In this document: one piece after another, positions 1 through 13,123 of the stretch
Layout: each line of letters begins with the position of its first letter
Position numbering within the stretch: position 1 is the first letter of the stretch
NCBI RefSeq assembly: GCF_009914755.1
Contig: NC_060933.1
Origin: the human T2T-CHM13v2.0 reference genome, Homo sapiens
Length of the DNA: 64,000 nucleotides
Strand: one strand, 5' to 3'
Made by a program: the position numbers and the translations under genes
The notes under the pieces: model-generated
The model's database searches: none
Seen by the model: only the letters and a program-made list of their open reading frames with translations
What the model was told of the DNA's origin: nothing

Positions 1-310
1 GGGGTAGCTCCTTTCCACAGGCAGGTCATCCTGTCAAGTCTGCAGCTCTCAGTGGAGAGGAGACCCAGAGTGGGTAGCTCCTATTTGTAGGCAGGTCATT
101 CCATCATCTCTACAGCTCTCAGTACAGAGGAGACCCAGAGTGGGTAGCTCCTAACCACAGGCAGGTTGTTCCAATATCTCTACAGCCCTCAGCGGAGAAG
201 AGACCTAGAATGGGTAGCTCCTATTCGCAGGCAGGTTATCCCAATGTCTCTACAGCCCTCAGTGGAGAGGAGACCCAGAGTGGATAGCTCCTATCTGCAG
301 GCAGGTTGTC
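1..310. repeat. 70-bp tandem repeat inside MER52 (~4.4 copies visible)
   Basis: GGGTAGCTCCT...GCAGGT...CAGCTCTCAG..GAGAGGAGACCCAGAGT recurs at about 2, 72, 142, 212 and 282. Confidence 0.95.
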
Positions 311-1046
311 TGGTGGTTGGCCTGAGTCTGGTTGAATCCACAGTTTTTATGGGCTTCAGAGGGGAGGAAGTTGCCTGGTGATTTGTCCATGGGTGGGCCC
401 AGAAAAAGCACTGTAAGTTCTCATTCCAGTCTGCAGAACTGGCAGCCTGGCCCCAAGGCTTCAGGCTATCCCTGGCTTGAAAGTGGGGCTTCACCAGGGA
501 CCCATCCCCTTCCACCCAGGAGCCTGTCTGCCCCCTGCCACCAGTTATATGTCATCCATGGTGCCCAGGCTGTTCATGATGAGGGGGCAGCTGCAGGTCT
601 GCACCAAACCCCCCTCAGCTTCCCCTCGGCCTTTCTCCCATGCTCGTTGGTGCCCAAAGCTTGGAGGGGGCTGAGGTGGCAGGGGGTTGGTGTATCAGCA
701 CCACCCTAAGTGCGTTCATACCAGGCTGGGTCATGACAGCACCCAGGCTCGGCCACAGCTTTGCTCCGAAATTGGAGCAGGGAGAGCCCATACGGTGGGA
801 GCAGGCACTTCTGAGCCTGTGGGGGCAAGAGGGCTTCCCAGGCCCCCAAGAATGTAGGGATGCTTGGGTCTGCAGCAGCAGCCAGGTGGCTGCTGCTGTG
901 CCTGGGAGGGTGGGGCTCCAGCCCCTCCGTCTCAGAAAGGGGTGGGGCTCCCACCTGCTCTGCGGAGCATGCAGCCTTGACTGCACCTCCCCCACTGCAG
1001 CCGGTGTTACGCAGCAGCCGCTCCAGATGGGCCACTGCTGCCATCA
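1..1046 (-). mobile_element. MER52-family ERV1 LTR (runs off window start)
   Basis: Reverse complement of the right end reads TGATGGCAGCAGTGGCCCATCTGGAGCGGCTGC (MER52 5' end). GC-rich body with the typical internal 70-bp tandem units. Confidence 0.85.
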
Positions 1047-1806
1047 GTACCACAAACTGGGTGGCTTAAACAACAGAAGTTCATTGTCTTACGGTCTGGA
1101 GGCTAGAAGTCCCAAATCGCTTGTCAGCAGAGTGGGTTTCCTCCAGGGCTGTGAAGAAGAGTGTTCCATGCCTGTTCCCTAGCTTCCGGTGGTTTGCTGG
1201 CAGTCTTTGGTGTTCCTTAGTTTGTGTATGCATTAACCCAATTACTGCCTTCATCTTCACGTGGCTTTCTGTCTGTCTTCTTCATGTGGTCTTCTCTCTG
1301 TGCATGTCTATCTCTGTGCCCAAATTCCCCTTCTTATAAGGACACCAGTCATATCAAATTAGAGCCCAACCTAATGACCTCCTTTTTACTTGATTACCTC
1401 TGTAAATATCCTATTATTATTATTTTTTATTTGAGGCAGAGTATTGCTCTTGTTGCCCAGGCTGAAGTATAGTGGCGCAGTCTTGGCTCACTGCAAACTC
1501 TGCCTCCTGGGCTCAAGCGATTCCCCTCCTTAGCCTTCCTAGTAGCTGGGACTACAGGCACCTGCCACCATGCCTGACTAATTTTTTATTTTTAGTAGAG
1601 ACAAGGTTTCACCATGTTGGCCAGGGTGGTCTCAAACTCCTGACCTCAGGTGATCCACCTGCCTCCACCTCCCAGAGTGTTGGGATTATAGGCGTGAGCC
1701 CCCACACCTGGCCAAATATCCTATTTTTAATTAAGGTCACATTCTGAGGTACTGGGTATTAGGACTCTAATATATATTTTTCTGGGGACACAATTCAACC
1801 ATACAG
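1047..1806 (-). mobile_element. MLT1B/C-like MaLR LTR, interrupted by an Alu and cut by MER52
   Basis: GTACCACAAACTGGGTGGCTTAAACAACAGAA ... GGGGACACAATTCAACCATACA matches MLT1 antisense. Confidence 0.8.
1416..1713 (-). mobile_element. AluS (Sx/Sq-like)
   Basis: Full Alu dimer, antisense. TSD AAATATCCTATT at 1404-1415 and 1714-1725. Confidence 0.95.
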
Positions 1807-2129
1807 GTTATCATCCATTGTATTTTTACCATAAAATATGAGGATTTAGTTCTTATACTTCTTACATCTTCCTTCCATTCACTTTCACTTTTCCCACCTT
1901 CTGAGAATAATTTTTTTGTTATGACAAGATTCAGTGTTTACCTTATTATGACTGTACAAATATTATTTACATCTGAGTCATGTCATCAGTTTGATTAAAT
2001 TTCCTTTCCTGTGCACTTGGTTTTCATGGAATTATTAATGGTCTTGTGTTCTTGTTTGCTTAGTTTCCTAAGCCAAAGGAGATCAGCTTCTAGACTATAA
2101 CAGGAATTCTTGCAAGGCAAAAGGAAAAT

Positions 2130-3230
2130 ATGGGAAATGAAGAGAAACATGAACAAAAGTGTGAATAAGTAATTCAAAATTTAAAAAAAACTCTTATGAT
2201 TAGCAAGCAGATGAAGAGATGCTCTAACCCACCGGTGATTAGAAAAAGGAAAATATAAAATATTACTTTATTCCTCTCAGTAAAGTCAGAATTGAAAAGC
2301 TGGATACTGCTAAGGGTGGCAGGTATATGATAATCATACAGGAACTGCAGAGTACCATGATGGAAGTGTAGATTGGGGTAGCAATTCTGGAGAGCACTCT
2401 GCCACCACTTAGTCAACTCCATCACACTTCAGGATCTTCATCCTACAGAAATTTCCTACTTTGTTTGTGGCAGTTGGAAATTGGAGACAATCTAGTTGTT
2501 GATCAATAAAGGACCTGGTAAATACATATGATGGATATACATTAAGGAATTCTTGTGAATTAGAAGCAATGAATTAGATGTATACGCTGTGCCATGGTTT
2601 GAATGTACCCCTCCAAAGTTCATGTGTTGTAAACTTGGTTTTCAATGGAGCAGTGTTGGGAAGTGGGGCTAAATGGAAGGTGTTTGGGTTATGAGGGCAC
2701 CACCCTAATGAATGGATTAATGCTATTATCAGGGGAGTGGGTTTGTTTTTGTGGGAGTAAGTTCCTTATTAAAGGATGAATTTGGCCTTCTTATGCTCTC
2801 TTTCTCGCCTTCCCTTTGCCTTTCCATCTTCCACAATGGAATGATGTAGCAAGAAGGCCCTTGCCAGATGCTGGCCCATTGATCTTGGACTTCCCAGACT
2901 CCAGAGCTGTGAGAAATAAATTTCTGTTTATTGTAAATTACCCAGTCTATGGTATTATGTTGTAGCAGCACAAAACAGACTAAGACACAACAGCAATGTG
3001 GATAGATTTAAAAAATAGTTGGGTCAAAAAAGCAAAAAGAACCAAAAAAACAAAAGCAAAAAAACCCACCAAAAACAAAAAGAATTAGATATTTAGAAAT
3101 ACTACATGTGTAAATTAAAAATGTATGCAAATAATATAATACACATTTTAAAAGAACTTGTATAAATAAAATACACACATGAAACATATCAGGGGGTTTG
3201 CCTATGGGGGAATGGATATAAGGGGAGATA
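2130..3230 (+). mobile_element. Old L1M (L1ME-like) 3' fragment, interrupted by an MST LTR
   Basis: Degenerate ORF2-end/3'UTR motifs, e.g. AAGCAGATGAAGAGATGCTC..., GCAATTCTGGAGAGCACTCTG..., GAATTAGATGTATAC. Confidence 0.6.
2590..2987 (+). mobile_element. MST (MaLR) solo LTR
   Basis: TGCCATGGTTTGAATGT...CCAAAGTTCATGTGTTG ... AATAAATTTCTG ... ACAGACTAAGACA. Confidence 0.85.
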
Positions 3231-3619
3231 CACAAATAAATAAGAAAGGGGCTGCACTAAGACCAATGCTGGTAAGCTAGAGATTGAAAAGTATGATTAA
3301 CTCTACCATCTGCACTGAAGTCTAAAAACAGATTCAGTGTTTACATAATTATGACTAAATAAACATTATTTACACTTTATACATGAGTCATATAGTGTAT
3401 TATGATTACATTTTCTTTGCAAGAGATCAGGGATATTACAGCTTTTTTTCCCTTTGCTGCATTTAATAATGATCCTTTTTTTTTTTGTTTAATTTGTTTT
3501 CTATGAATGATTGCTAATTCATCTCTAAACTCTTTGCCAGACATACATACCTCCTCCCTTTGTATTCAAATTCCTCAGTCTGTCAGTGTCATACTTTTAG
3601 TGACATCCTTCTTGTCACC

Positions 3620-4358
<739 letters not shown>

Positions 4359-5250
4359 TTGGTACCAGCAAGTAGGGTGCTGCTGTAACAAATACCTAAC
4401 ACTGTGTAAGCAGCTTTGGAACTGGGTGACGGGTAGAGCCTGGAAGCATTTTGAGGAGCAAGCTAAAAGCCTATATTGCCATAAAGGAAATATTGGTAGA
4501 AATAGGGATGATAAAGGCAATCCTGGTGAAGACTTAAAAATAAAGGAAAACTGGAGAAAAAAGCCTTTATATTCTTAGAAACTATACAATCATAAACAGA
4601 ATAATCGTGTTAACAGAAATGTAGATATTAAAGACCATTCTGTTGAGGTCTCAGATGGAAAGGAGAAATAACTTTTTAGAAACTAGAGGAAAGGCAATCC
4701 TTGTAATAAAGTGGCAAAGAACTTGACTGATCTATATTCTAGTGTTTTGTGGAAGTATAATTCATGTGTGATAAAATTGGATATTTAACTGAGGAGATTT
4801 CTGAGCAAAATGTCGAAGGTGCAGACTAGGTCCCCTTAACCACTTGACTGCTTGTAGTAAAATGAGAGAGAGAGAGACAGAGAGAAGCTGAAGAAGGAAT
4901 TGTTAAGCAAAAAGGAACTAAAACTTGAGGACTTAGAAAATTCTCAGCTATACATATTACAAAAAGTAAAAAAGTTTGTTCTCAGGGAAACATCAAGGGT
5001 GTGGCTGAACAACCATTTGATAAGGAGATTAGTATGAAGGTGAACCATAAATTTAATCGGTCTCTACAACAGAAGCCAGGAATAGAGACGGCATTATATG
5101 AGTAGAAATATTGCCAATTTGAACTGAAGTGGGTGAAGAAGAAAATAGTGAAGAAAGGCTGTTGGGCTTCTTAGATTCAATAGGATGGGACAGCCAAGCT
5201 ATTTTGAAAACGTGCTATTTTTCAAGAAAAGGGAAGAACAACCCTCAATT
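4359..5250 (+). mobile_element. MLT1A internal (MaLR-int) fragment
   Basis: TTGGTACCAG..AGTAGGGTGCTGCTGTAACAAATACC..GCAGCTTTGGAACTGGGT directly follows the LTR, which is the typical start of MaLR internal sequence. Confidence 0.8.
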
Positions 5251-5299
5251 CCACTCCCCCACTGGTATCTCTCTTCTTTTTTTCTCTCTGAAAATCCCC

Positions 5300-6250
5300 T
5301 TATTTGTATACTAGGCCTCGCAGATATGGCTCTAATTTTCTTATCTGCCCCCCTACCTGACCAAATTCTATCTCTTTTTCTTTATTTTATACTTTTTGAG
5401 AGTTTTCCTCAACTTTATCTTCCAACTCATTCACTGATTTTCATTCTGCTCACTTATTTTTTTAATATCAAATCTCTCATGTTATACAAATTGGTTTTTA
5501 AAAAAATATATGCCTACTCTTACTTTATCCTGACAATATTCTTATTTCTGTGAAGAAGTTAGTTTTTGGAGATGTTTTCTACTGTTCTCTGCATTGTTTT
5601 TTCTTTCCTGTGTTCATTTACTGCTTTTTGTTTTGGTCTTTTTCACGTTAGAAGCTTTCCCTCAAGTATCTGGTGATGGGGGCCTTTTTGCTGAGAGTGA
5701 GATACTACAGTCTTGGGGGAAATGATCATTCTGTGAGCAGATGTTACTCGGTGAGTTTCACTGTATGGTGATCTGGCAGGGTGGTGCAAGGACCAATGCA
5801 ACTATGAGCAACTTTAGGTCTTTTCTATCGCGTTGAGCACTTTTTTCAGATATCAATTTTCTGATCTCACTTCTAGGGGAGATATTCTTGGTTCCAGCAT
5901 TCTTCTCACTGAGTTTGGTAAGAAGACTGATCTTCTCAGCATTTAGTAAGTCGACCTCACCTAATCTTTCAGTTTTCAGAATGAAATCCTACCCTTCAGC
6001 TCTGCTCAATAACCCTAAGACCAGCGTATCTGGTTCAACCTCTTCATAGAGTATACATCTAGTCTTCTACTGGAACAGGGGAAGAGAGAACCCATCTGCA
6101 GCTTATAATCCAGACTTTCAATTAAATCTTTTGTTTTTGTCCTATCTGCACCGCAACTTTCAAAGTATGAGGAGCCATAAATTCCTGAGCCTCCTTGGGT
6201 TCTTTCACATATATAGGGTTGGAATGCAAAAACGTCTTTGTCAGTGACTT
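5300..6250 (-). mobile_element. Ancient L1M/HAL1-like 5'/ORF1 fragment
   Basis: T-rich degenerate sequence resembling antisense L1ME/HAL1 (TTCCTCAACTTTATCTTCCAAC...). Confidence 0.4.
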
Positions 6251-8045
6251 CCTTTCTTTGGAGGATGACTATTAAGTCTGGATTTTTAATCAAATTTAGC
6301 ATTTACAAAAAGTGAAATTCCTATATAAGAAAGATCCTTGTGGTGAGAACAATGCATATAAAACCTCTGTTGGAATGGAGAGATCTCTACTCACTACCAT
6401 GATAGAATTTCATATATCCTATTTCTTCATTTCTTTCTCGTTTTCTCCTGACCTTTTTCTTGTTCTTCATTCTTATTTTGCTCCTCCTTTTTTCCCCTTA
6501 CTTTCCCTTGCCTCTTCTCATCTTTTCTCTCCATTTCTTTCTTCTTTTGTTTGCTTAGTTTTAAAAATTCTCCTTCTCATTGTCTTCCTCGCACTTGTCC
6601 TCCTTGTTCATCTACATTCTCCTCAGGATTGTCAACACCTCAGTTGCATGAATTAAGTTTGATACTGTGCAGAGGCTTTCCAGAGTTACTAAAAATAGTG
6701 GCTTCCATTCCTTGGGGGAGCTTACATTTGCAAACATACATTTGCAAGCCTAAGGGTGCTTAGGACAAACTTGGAGTTCTTAGGCAAAATCTGTGGACTT
6801 CTGTTGGAATTGTTATTCTCCAAAGAATTCATAGGTGTCAATTATGGGATGATGGCAACAAAGCGGTGACCTCCCCTGGGACCTCCAACTCATTTCTTAT
6901 AGGGCACTGAGAGCCCAGCAAGCACTGCAACTTTGTATAACTTTCCAACCTCAGACAAATCTGAACTGATGACCTGAGGGTGAGAGGCTCTGTATAACTT
7001 GATTACATTTTTTTTTAAATTCCATTTTTCTTGTGAAAAGACACCTTCAGAACACAATGTCAGTTTATCTCTGCAATTTTAGACATCAAATAGCTTATTT
7101 TTTAGTTCTCTCTGGGTCAAAGAACGTTATTAAGAAGAAAAATGTAAAAAATATTGGTTTTGTAACAATTCGGTATCTAAACTGAAGGCTCTAATAAACT
7201 CACAGAAATATTCTTGCTTTGAGATTCTTTAGAATTCTAAAGAAAGGATAAAAATATCATGTAGGACTAGAGTGCCCTACAATGTACACTAAAAAATAAA
7301 ACTAAACAAATAACAGATTTTGAATGATAATGTGCCAGAATCCTTTATTTTTTTTTCGTAAGAAGTATCATGTAGCCTCCAGATGTCATGAATATGCCAT
7401 TTTAGTATTTTATTTCTGTGGGATATCACTTTAGAATTCAGAGTGTAGATTTTTCACAAACAGGAAAGAAAGAAGTAAGAATTACTCCTTAACTTCTCTA
7501 TTCATGTAAGAATCAACTGAGATGTTTGCTCCATTTCTCAGTGTAGACAAAAGACATTGGATCTTATTTCAGGGCCCCAGGATTAGAACTTCATCTCCAG
7601 ATATTGTGAGATTGCTTCATCAAAACAGGCACATAGAAATTAAAACAACTGGCACAATGTAATGAAAATGAGCACACTGTTCTTTTTTTTAAGTAGATGG
7701 AAAAAAAATCAATATTTTGTCTTCAAGTGCTTATACCTATGCAGGAAAGAGAGGTGAAAAAAAGAATTGTTCCATCTGTAATTTCAAGCAGGGAAAATGA
7801 GTTACAAGCATATCAGCAAAATACAGACAGAAGTAGACCCAGCGAAGCAGAAGGAAAATGACTAACCACCATTTCGTCTTATTCCCATGACTGATTGGAT
7901 GTAAACAAAACATTTTACCCCAAATGAGAGGCAAAAGGTCTGCCACTGAGCAGTGGCTACTTCTCAAGATATCTTTGTCAGCAAGATGGGTTCAAGTTAT
8001 GATTTCACCGTTTCTATGATTGACGTTGTTACGGTTCTTAGAACA

Positions 8046-8059
8046 GTTACCATGGTAAC
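8046..8059. promoter_or_regulatory. Perfect palindromic RFX X-box
   Basis: GTTACCATGGTAAC matches the X-box consensus GTTNCCATGGNAAC and lies in non-repetitive DNA. Function is untested. Confidence 0.6.
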
Positions 8060-9197
8060 AGAAGGGCCTTGCATGTATTTGAAGTAATTCACCTGACCTA
8101 CTGCTCAAAATAAGGGAGGGCTGAGGGCTAGTATTTCTCCCAAGTATTCCCCGTGATCTGGCCAGTGCAGCCTGCAGTCTTGGCTCCAGTCTGAAGAGGC
8201 TGTCCAGGCAGTGCACATGAGGAAGGATGAGAAAAATAGCAAATTCCTGCATCTGCTTAGACAAACTCCAGCTTGAGGTTTTCTCTAGGGATTTATGATG
8301 TTGTCAGTAGCCTCTGGCGCTGTCTTCTACCTAAATATGGTCTTGATTTTTGCCATTTGCTTCCTGATGTCTCCTGGGGAGGCCCGCAGGAAGGATGCTT
8401 CCATCAATTTGTAGGAAGACATTTATGTCCCACCTTTGGGTCACAGAAAAATGGTGAGAGAGATTGAGATTGAGACAGAGACATGAAGCAAACTTATGGT
8501 GGTTGAATCACACTCTACCAGAAATGGTACCGATATCTGAATAAAACTAAAAATCAGCCAGTGTTTCCCAGCCCTTTTAGAACAGAGGATAAAACTCAGG
8601 GTGTCATGACTATCACAACATCACAGCATCTCTTCAACTTTGACACTGGTCAGATCTGTCTAAGACCCCAAAATGCACCACATTCTCCCCTTCAATGATA
8701 TATGCCTCTGGACTATCCCATTCCTAATCTCTACGTCAGGATGCTCCCATTTCTTTTAATTCATGAGACTTAATTCAAGAAGGAGTGCTGGCAATCTCCT
8801 CACTCTTTGCTGCTGCTCTGGATAATTTTTCTTCCAACGCTCGTCAATCTTTTTTTTTTTTTTTTTGATTGACCTTTGGGATGCTCTTTTACTCTTCTTA
8901 GTGACCTTAGCACCTGCCTCGGCATTTTACTTCCTGACTTCTGACTTCTCTCCCACCCTATACTCAAGGAATTCAGTTTCACACTGATAACTCTTCTAAT
9001 ACATTGGTTCTCTCCCTTTCTTAGTCCTCTCAACTCTGATCACCTCCCTTTGTCCTCTAACCATAGTCACGAGGGTAAAAATAACTGCATTTTGATCTCA
9101 CTTTCACCCCAAACTGAGATGCTTTTTCTCTTACCACAACTTTCTATCCTTTCACCTGATACACTCTGACTCTGATCAGCTTTCTACTAATCCTTAT

Positions 9198-9536
9198 TTA
9201 TATGGTTTGGCTGTGTCCCCACCCATATCTCATCTCATCTTGAATTGTAGGTCTCATAATCCCCACGTGTTGTGGGAGGGACCAGGTGGAGACAATTGAA
9301 TCATGGCGGCAGTTTCCCTCATCTTGTTCTGGTGATAGTAAGTTAGTTCACACGAGATCTGATGGTTTTATAAGGCGCTTCCCCCTTGACTGGGCACTCA
9401 TTCTTCTCCTTCCACCGTAATTGGAAGTTTCCTGAGGCCTCTCCAGCCCTGCAGAACTGTGAGTCAAACTTCTTTCCCTTATACATTGCCCAGTCTTGGG
9501 TATGTCCTTATAGAAGTGGGAGAATGGACTAATATA
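9198..9536 (+). mobile_element. THE1D-like MaLR solo LTR
   Basis: T(T)ATATGGTTTGGCTGTGTCCCCACCC ... GGACTAATATA. TSD CTTAT/CTTAC. Confidence 0.9.
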
Positions 9537-9699
9537 CTTACAATGCCTTCAAGCTTGGGAACCACGCTGTGTTCTCAGAGACATGTCTTGTCCTTTTGGA
9601 CATTCTTAGCTAGCACAGTTACTGTGGTTAATGAGTTCAGCTTTTTTTCTCAGCAGTAGTTTGGGCCTTCTCAAAACCTACACACTGAGGTGGATATGC

Positions 9700-10700
9700 T
9701 ATAAACTCATTCATTCATCAAATATTGACTGAACAGCTGGCGTTCTCATAGGTATTGGGGTTATGGACCAGTTCTCTGTTTTCCTGGAGCTTATGAAATA
9801 GTGGATAAGCCAGATAATAAACATAAACACAAAAATACTGATTAAAGTGTTAGAAGGAAGTGAAGAGAGCGCTGTGATGATAAAAAGTGCATACTGAACA
9901 TTTATATGGACCAGATACTACTGTAAGTCCTTTATGCTTATTGATTCTTTTAATCCTTCCGACCAGCCTCTGACTACATTATGTTTTTTCCATCTTATGG
10001 TGGAAAACTGAGTTACAGAACAATTAAGTTCACTTGCCTGGAGGTCACACAAGTGAGGGAGCTGGGCTTTGAAATCAGTGTCCTTAGTCTACCTTCTTAA
10101 CCACTAACTCCTTGCTTTAGGGCAGCAGTCGTGGTATTTTCGTAGACAAGCTGGTCTTTGAGAGCTCCTTTGAGAAGAAGGCATTTAGCTTGAGGCTTCA
10201 GGAAAGAGAAGAAGCCCTTCATACTGACATAAATAAAAGAGCCAGGAAGGAACATTTCAGTGAGAACAAGTAGGGTGGAGACAGGCCTAAGTGTGTTTGA
10301 AAATGGAAAGGTCAATATGGCTAGACCACAGATGGGGAAAGAGAATGGCATATGATAGGGCTGGAGAAGAAAGCTGAGTCACATCTAAGATAATTTTGGC
10401 AGATTAAGGGATTTGTATTGTATTCAAAAGGCCATAGGGAACTGGAGTCAATTTTCACTTTTGGAATCTCTCTCTGGCAGATATGTGGAGAATGGATTGG
10501 GGGTAAATAGAGACATGGGAACAACTGGAAAACTTCTGCAGGACTCCGTTCTAGAGATAATTGTGCTTGGACCGTGGTGGCGGCGGTGCTGGGGATGGAG
10601 AAAGGTGGCTGTGTTGTTAGACATGCTTTGGGGATAGGACCAGCAGAACCAGGTGATGGGTTGATGTGGGAAGTGAGAAAGACAGAAAAAAGTATGGGTG
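9700..10700 (-). mobile_element. L2 fragment with nested MIR (~9880-10110)
   Basis: CTCATTCATTCATCAAATATTGACTGA (L2 3' end, antisense). MIR core GGAAAACTGAG..GGTCACACA. Confidence 0.7.
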
Positions 10701-12039
10701 TCAGATTCCCCGAGTCAAACTAGGAGACTTTTGTTTTTACTGAGCATATGAAGCCATGCAGCAGCCCAACCCTCTCTTTCATTTACCTTCTGAATCGGCA
10801 TACATGCTTTCTCTTTTTTCCATATCAGGGAAAGTTGTCTCCTTATTCCCTTTCCATCCAGCATCTCCAAGCTGCAAATTTTGAGCCCCTTTTTCTGCCA
10901 TCTTTATTGTTTTGCTTGATCTCTTATCCTCATTCTGTCATGTATTTTCAAGTTTTCCTCTCCTAGTGTGCTTTTTTTGCTTATATAACAAACTCAAGTT
11001 TTATTTGCTCTAACATAAACCCTTCTTTCAATGTTAATTATCTCTAGAGTTGTTCCCACAGTCCCTGCCTTCCTGTGAGAACAAGCTGTTTTAGTAAGTG
11101 GTCTATGGCTGTTTCTTTAAACTCTTTATGGCTGTTTGTCAGAACGGATGTTCTCACCTTGATGTCTCATGAGCTAAGAGTGATGTCGGGCCATCCTGGG
11201 TGCTATCCAGGCATGTGATTTATCCAACAGTTCCAAATACTTTGCCTCACATCATATTATTTGCTCTATTCCCACAGCCTTTCTTGGTAGCAGTTTACCA
11301 AAAGGCAAACATTGGCTGATGCAAGCACTTTGAGAAAAAGCTAATGCTTGCATCCTTGTAATTTCCTTTTTTAGGGATCTCCTAGAATCTAGGGTTTCTA
11401 AAGTTCATTAAGGCAAGCATCTCCCTTATTTCCGTGACACTTCCACCCCTCATAAAATACATGGACAATTAGAAGAGTTTTCCATTGAGATAATGAATAA
11501 ATTATAGTGTGGCCTCTTCTGGTATGGCAAAAATATTAGCCATCTTAGTCACATGACCAAACACCTAAAATCATTTTTAAATACTCAGTGTTGAGTGGTC
11601 CTCCAAGTAGCATTAAGTAGTTGGTATCTTTAAGCATCTTATTTATTCAAAGCAGGTAAGTCCATCACTAACCCACACAGGATATTTGTTCTGATGAGCT
11701 GCCAAGTCTAGCTGTTGAATTAAAGGAGACCAAAGAAAGAGGCAGAAGATGGGCTTTGGCACCGTTGGAAAGAATCCAAGTCTCATAGAATAATGGAGAG
11801 AAAATATTGGGAGGCTTAACAGGCAACTTTATCAGCCTTGGCTTCTTTCAGTTTTTGACCTGTTCTCCCATTTTGGCTGTATGCATTGCTAAATTACCTT
11901 CAAACACTGAGTTTCCACACTCTGATGTATGATGTTCCCTCCATACTGATTCCTTTCTCTGGCTTGCAAACTGCTTATCCTACAAGTCCTGCTTTGTATG
12001 TTACCTTCCCTATAAAGCATCCTCAGTATCCACAGTACA

Positions 12040-12275
12040 CTATAGAGTTTGGAGTGTGGGTTCTGGAGCCAGAATGCCTGGATTCAAATCCTGACCATGT
12101 CTCTTGTTAGCTATGGATAAGTGACTTGACTTCCCCATGCCTCAGCTTCCTGATATGCAAAATGGAAATAATCATAGTAACTAATTTCATAGCGGTGTTG
12201 TAATGCTTAACGAGCTGGTGCATGTGAAGTATTAAAAATATTGTCTGGCACATAGTAAGTGCTTAGTGTTGGCTA
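12040..12275 (+). mobile_element. MIR
   Basis: CTGGAGCCAGAATGCCTGGATTCAAATCCTGAC...GCCTCAGCTTCC..AAAATGG..TGGCACATAGTAAGTGCT. Confidence 0.85.
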
Positions 12276-12827
12276 GCATTTTTCCTCAGGTAGAGTTACT
12301 CACTCTTTTTGGACACTCACGGTATAATCTTCTGTGATAATGATTATCACAGTGTGGTGATTATTTTGTTTATATGCCTCTAAGATGTTGGCTTGCAGAA
12401 GATCAAAACAACATTGTTCTTTCTGTCTTGCATAGTGTCTCATGTGATACATGGTCTGTAGTGCAACTTCAATAAATGTTTATTAAAATAATGAACTGTG
12501 GGAAATTTTGTGGTCCATTTAAAGATGAATTAATAAGGGACCCAAGGTGAAGTTATTACTAATTAAATCAGCTATAGTGATTAACCAAATTACATAGTCA
12601 TTTGTAGTTTTGCAGTTTTAATCTTTGACTATATTATGGTCAAATCCATATGTACAAAGATGAAAGAAGGAAGTGAAAATTTATTGAACACTATGTGCTA
12701 TATGCTTTATATATCATAATTGGTGACCTTTAAATTATTACCATTTTACAGTTGAGGAAACAGATTCAGAGATGTTTAGTGATATATCTAAGGTAAAAAA
12801 CAAACAAAAAACCAAAAACAAACTAGA

Positions 12828-13123
<296 letters not shown>

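Noticed and set aside
1-310. Regularly spaced repeats resembling a CRISPR array
   Set aside because: The whole 70-bp unit is repeated with no unique spacers. It is the internal minisatellite of a MER52 LTR in primate DNA.
166-1182. Overlapping long ORFs (up to 180 aa)
   Set aside because: They lie in a GC-rich LTR where stops are scarce, with no recognisable protein.
5185-6656. Hydrophobic ORFs resembling membrane proteins
   Set aside because: Artefacts of T-rich antisense L1 and low-complexity sequence.
11318-11354. Inverted repeat GATGCAAGCA-N17-TGCTTGCATC
   Set aside because: A 10-bp stem is too short for a pre-miRNA and is expected by chance at this window size.
11651-11681. CAG|GTAAGT..CACTAAC..CACAG|G mini-intron
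   Set aside because: Only 25 nt, far below the mammalian spliceosomal minimum, with no polypyrimidine tract. Probably chance.
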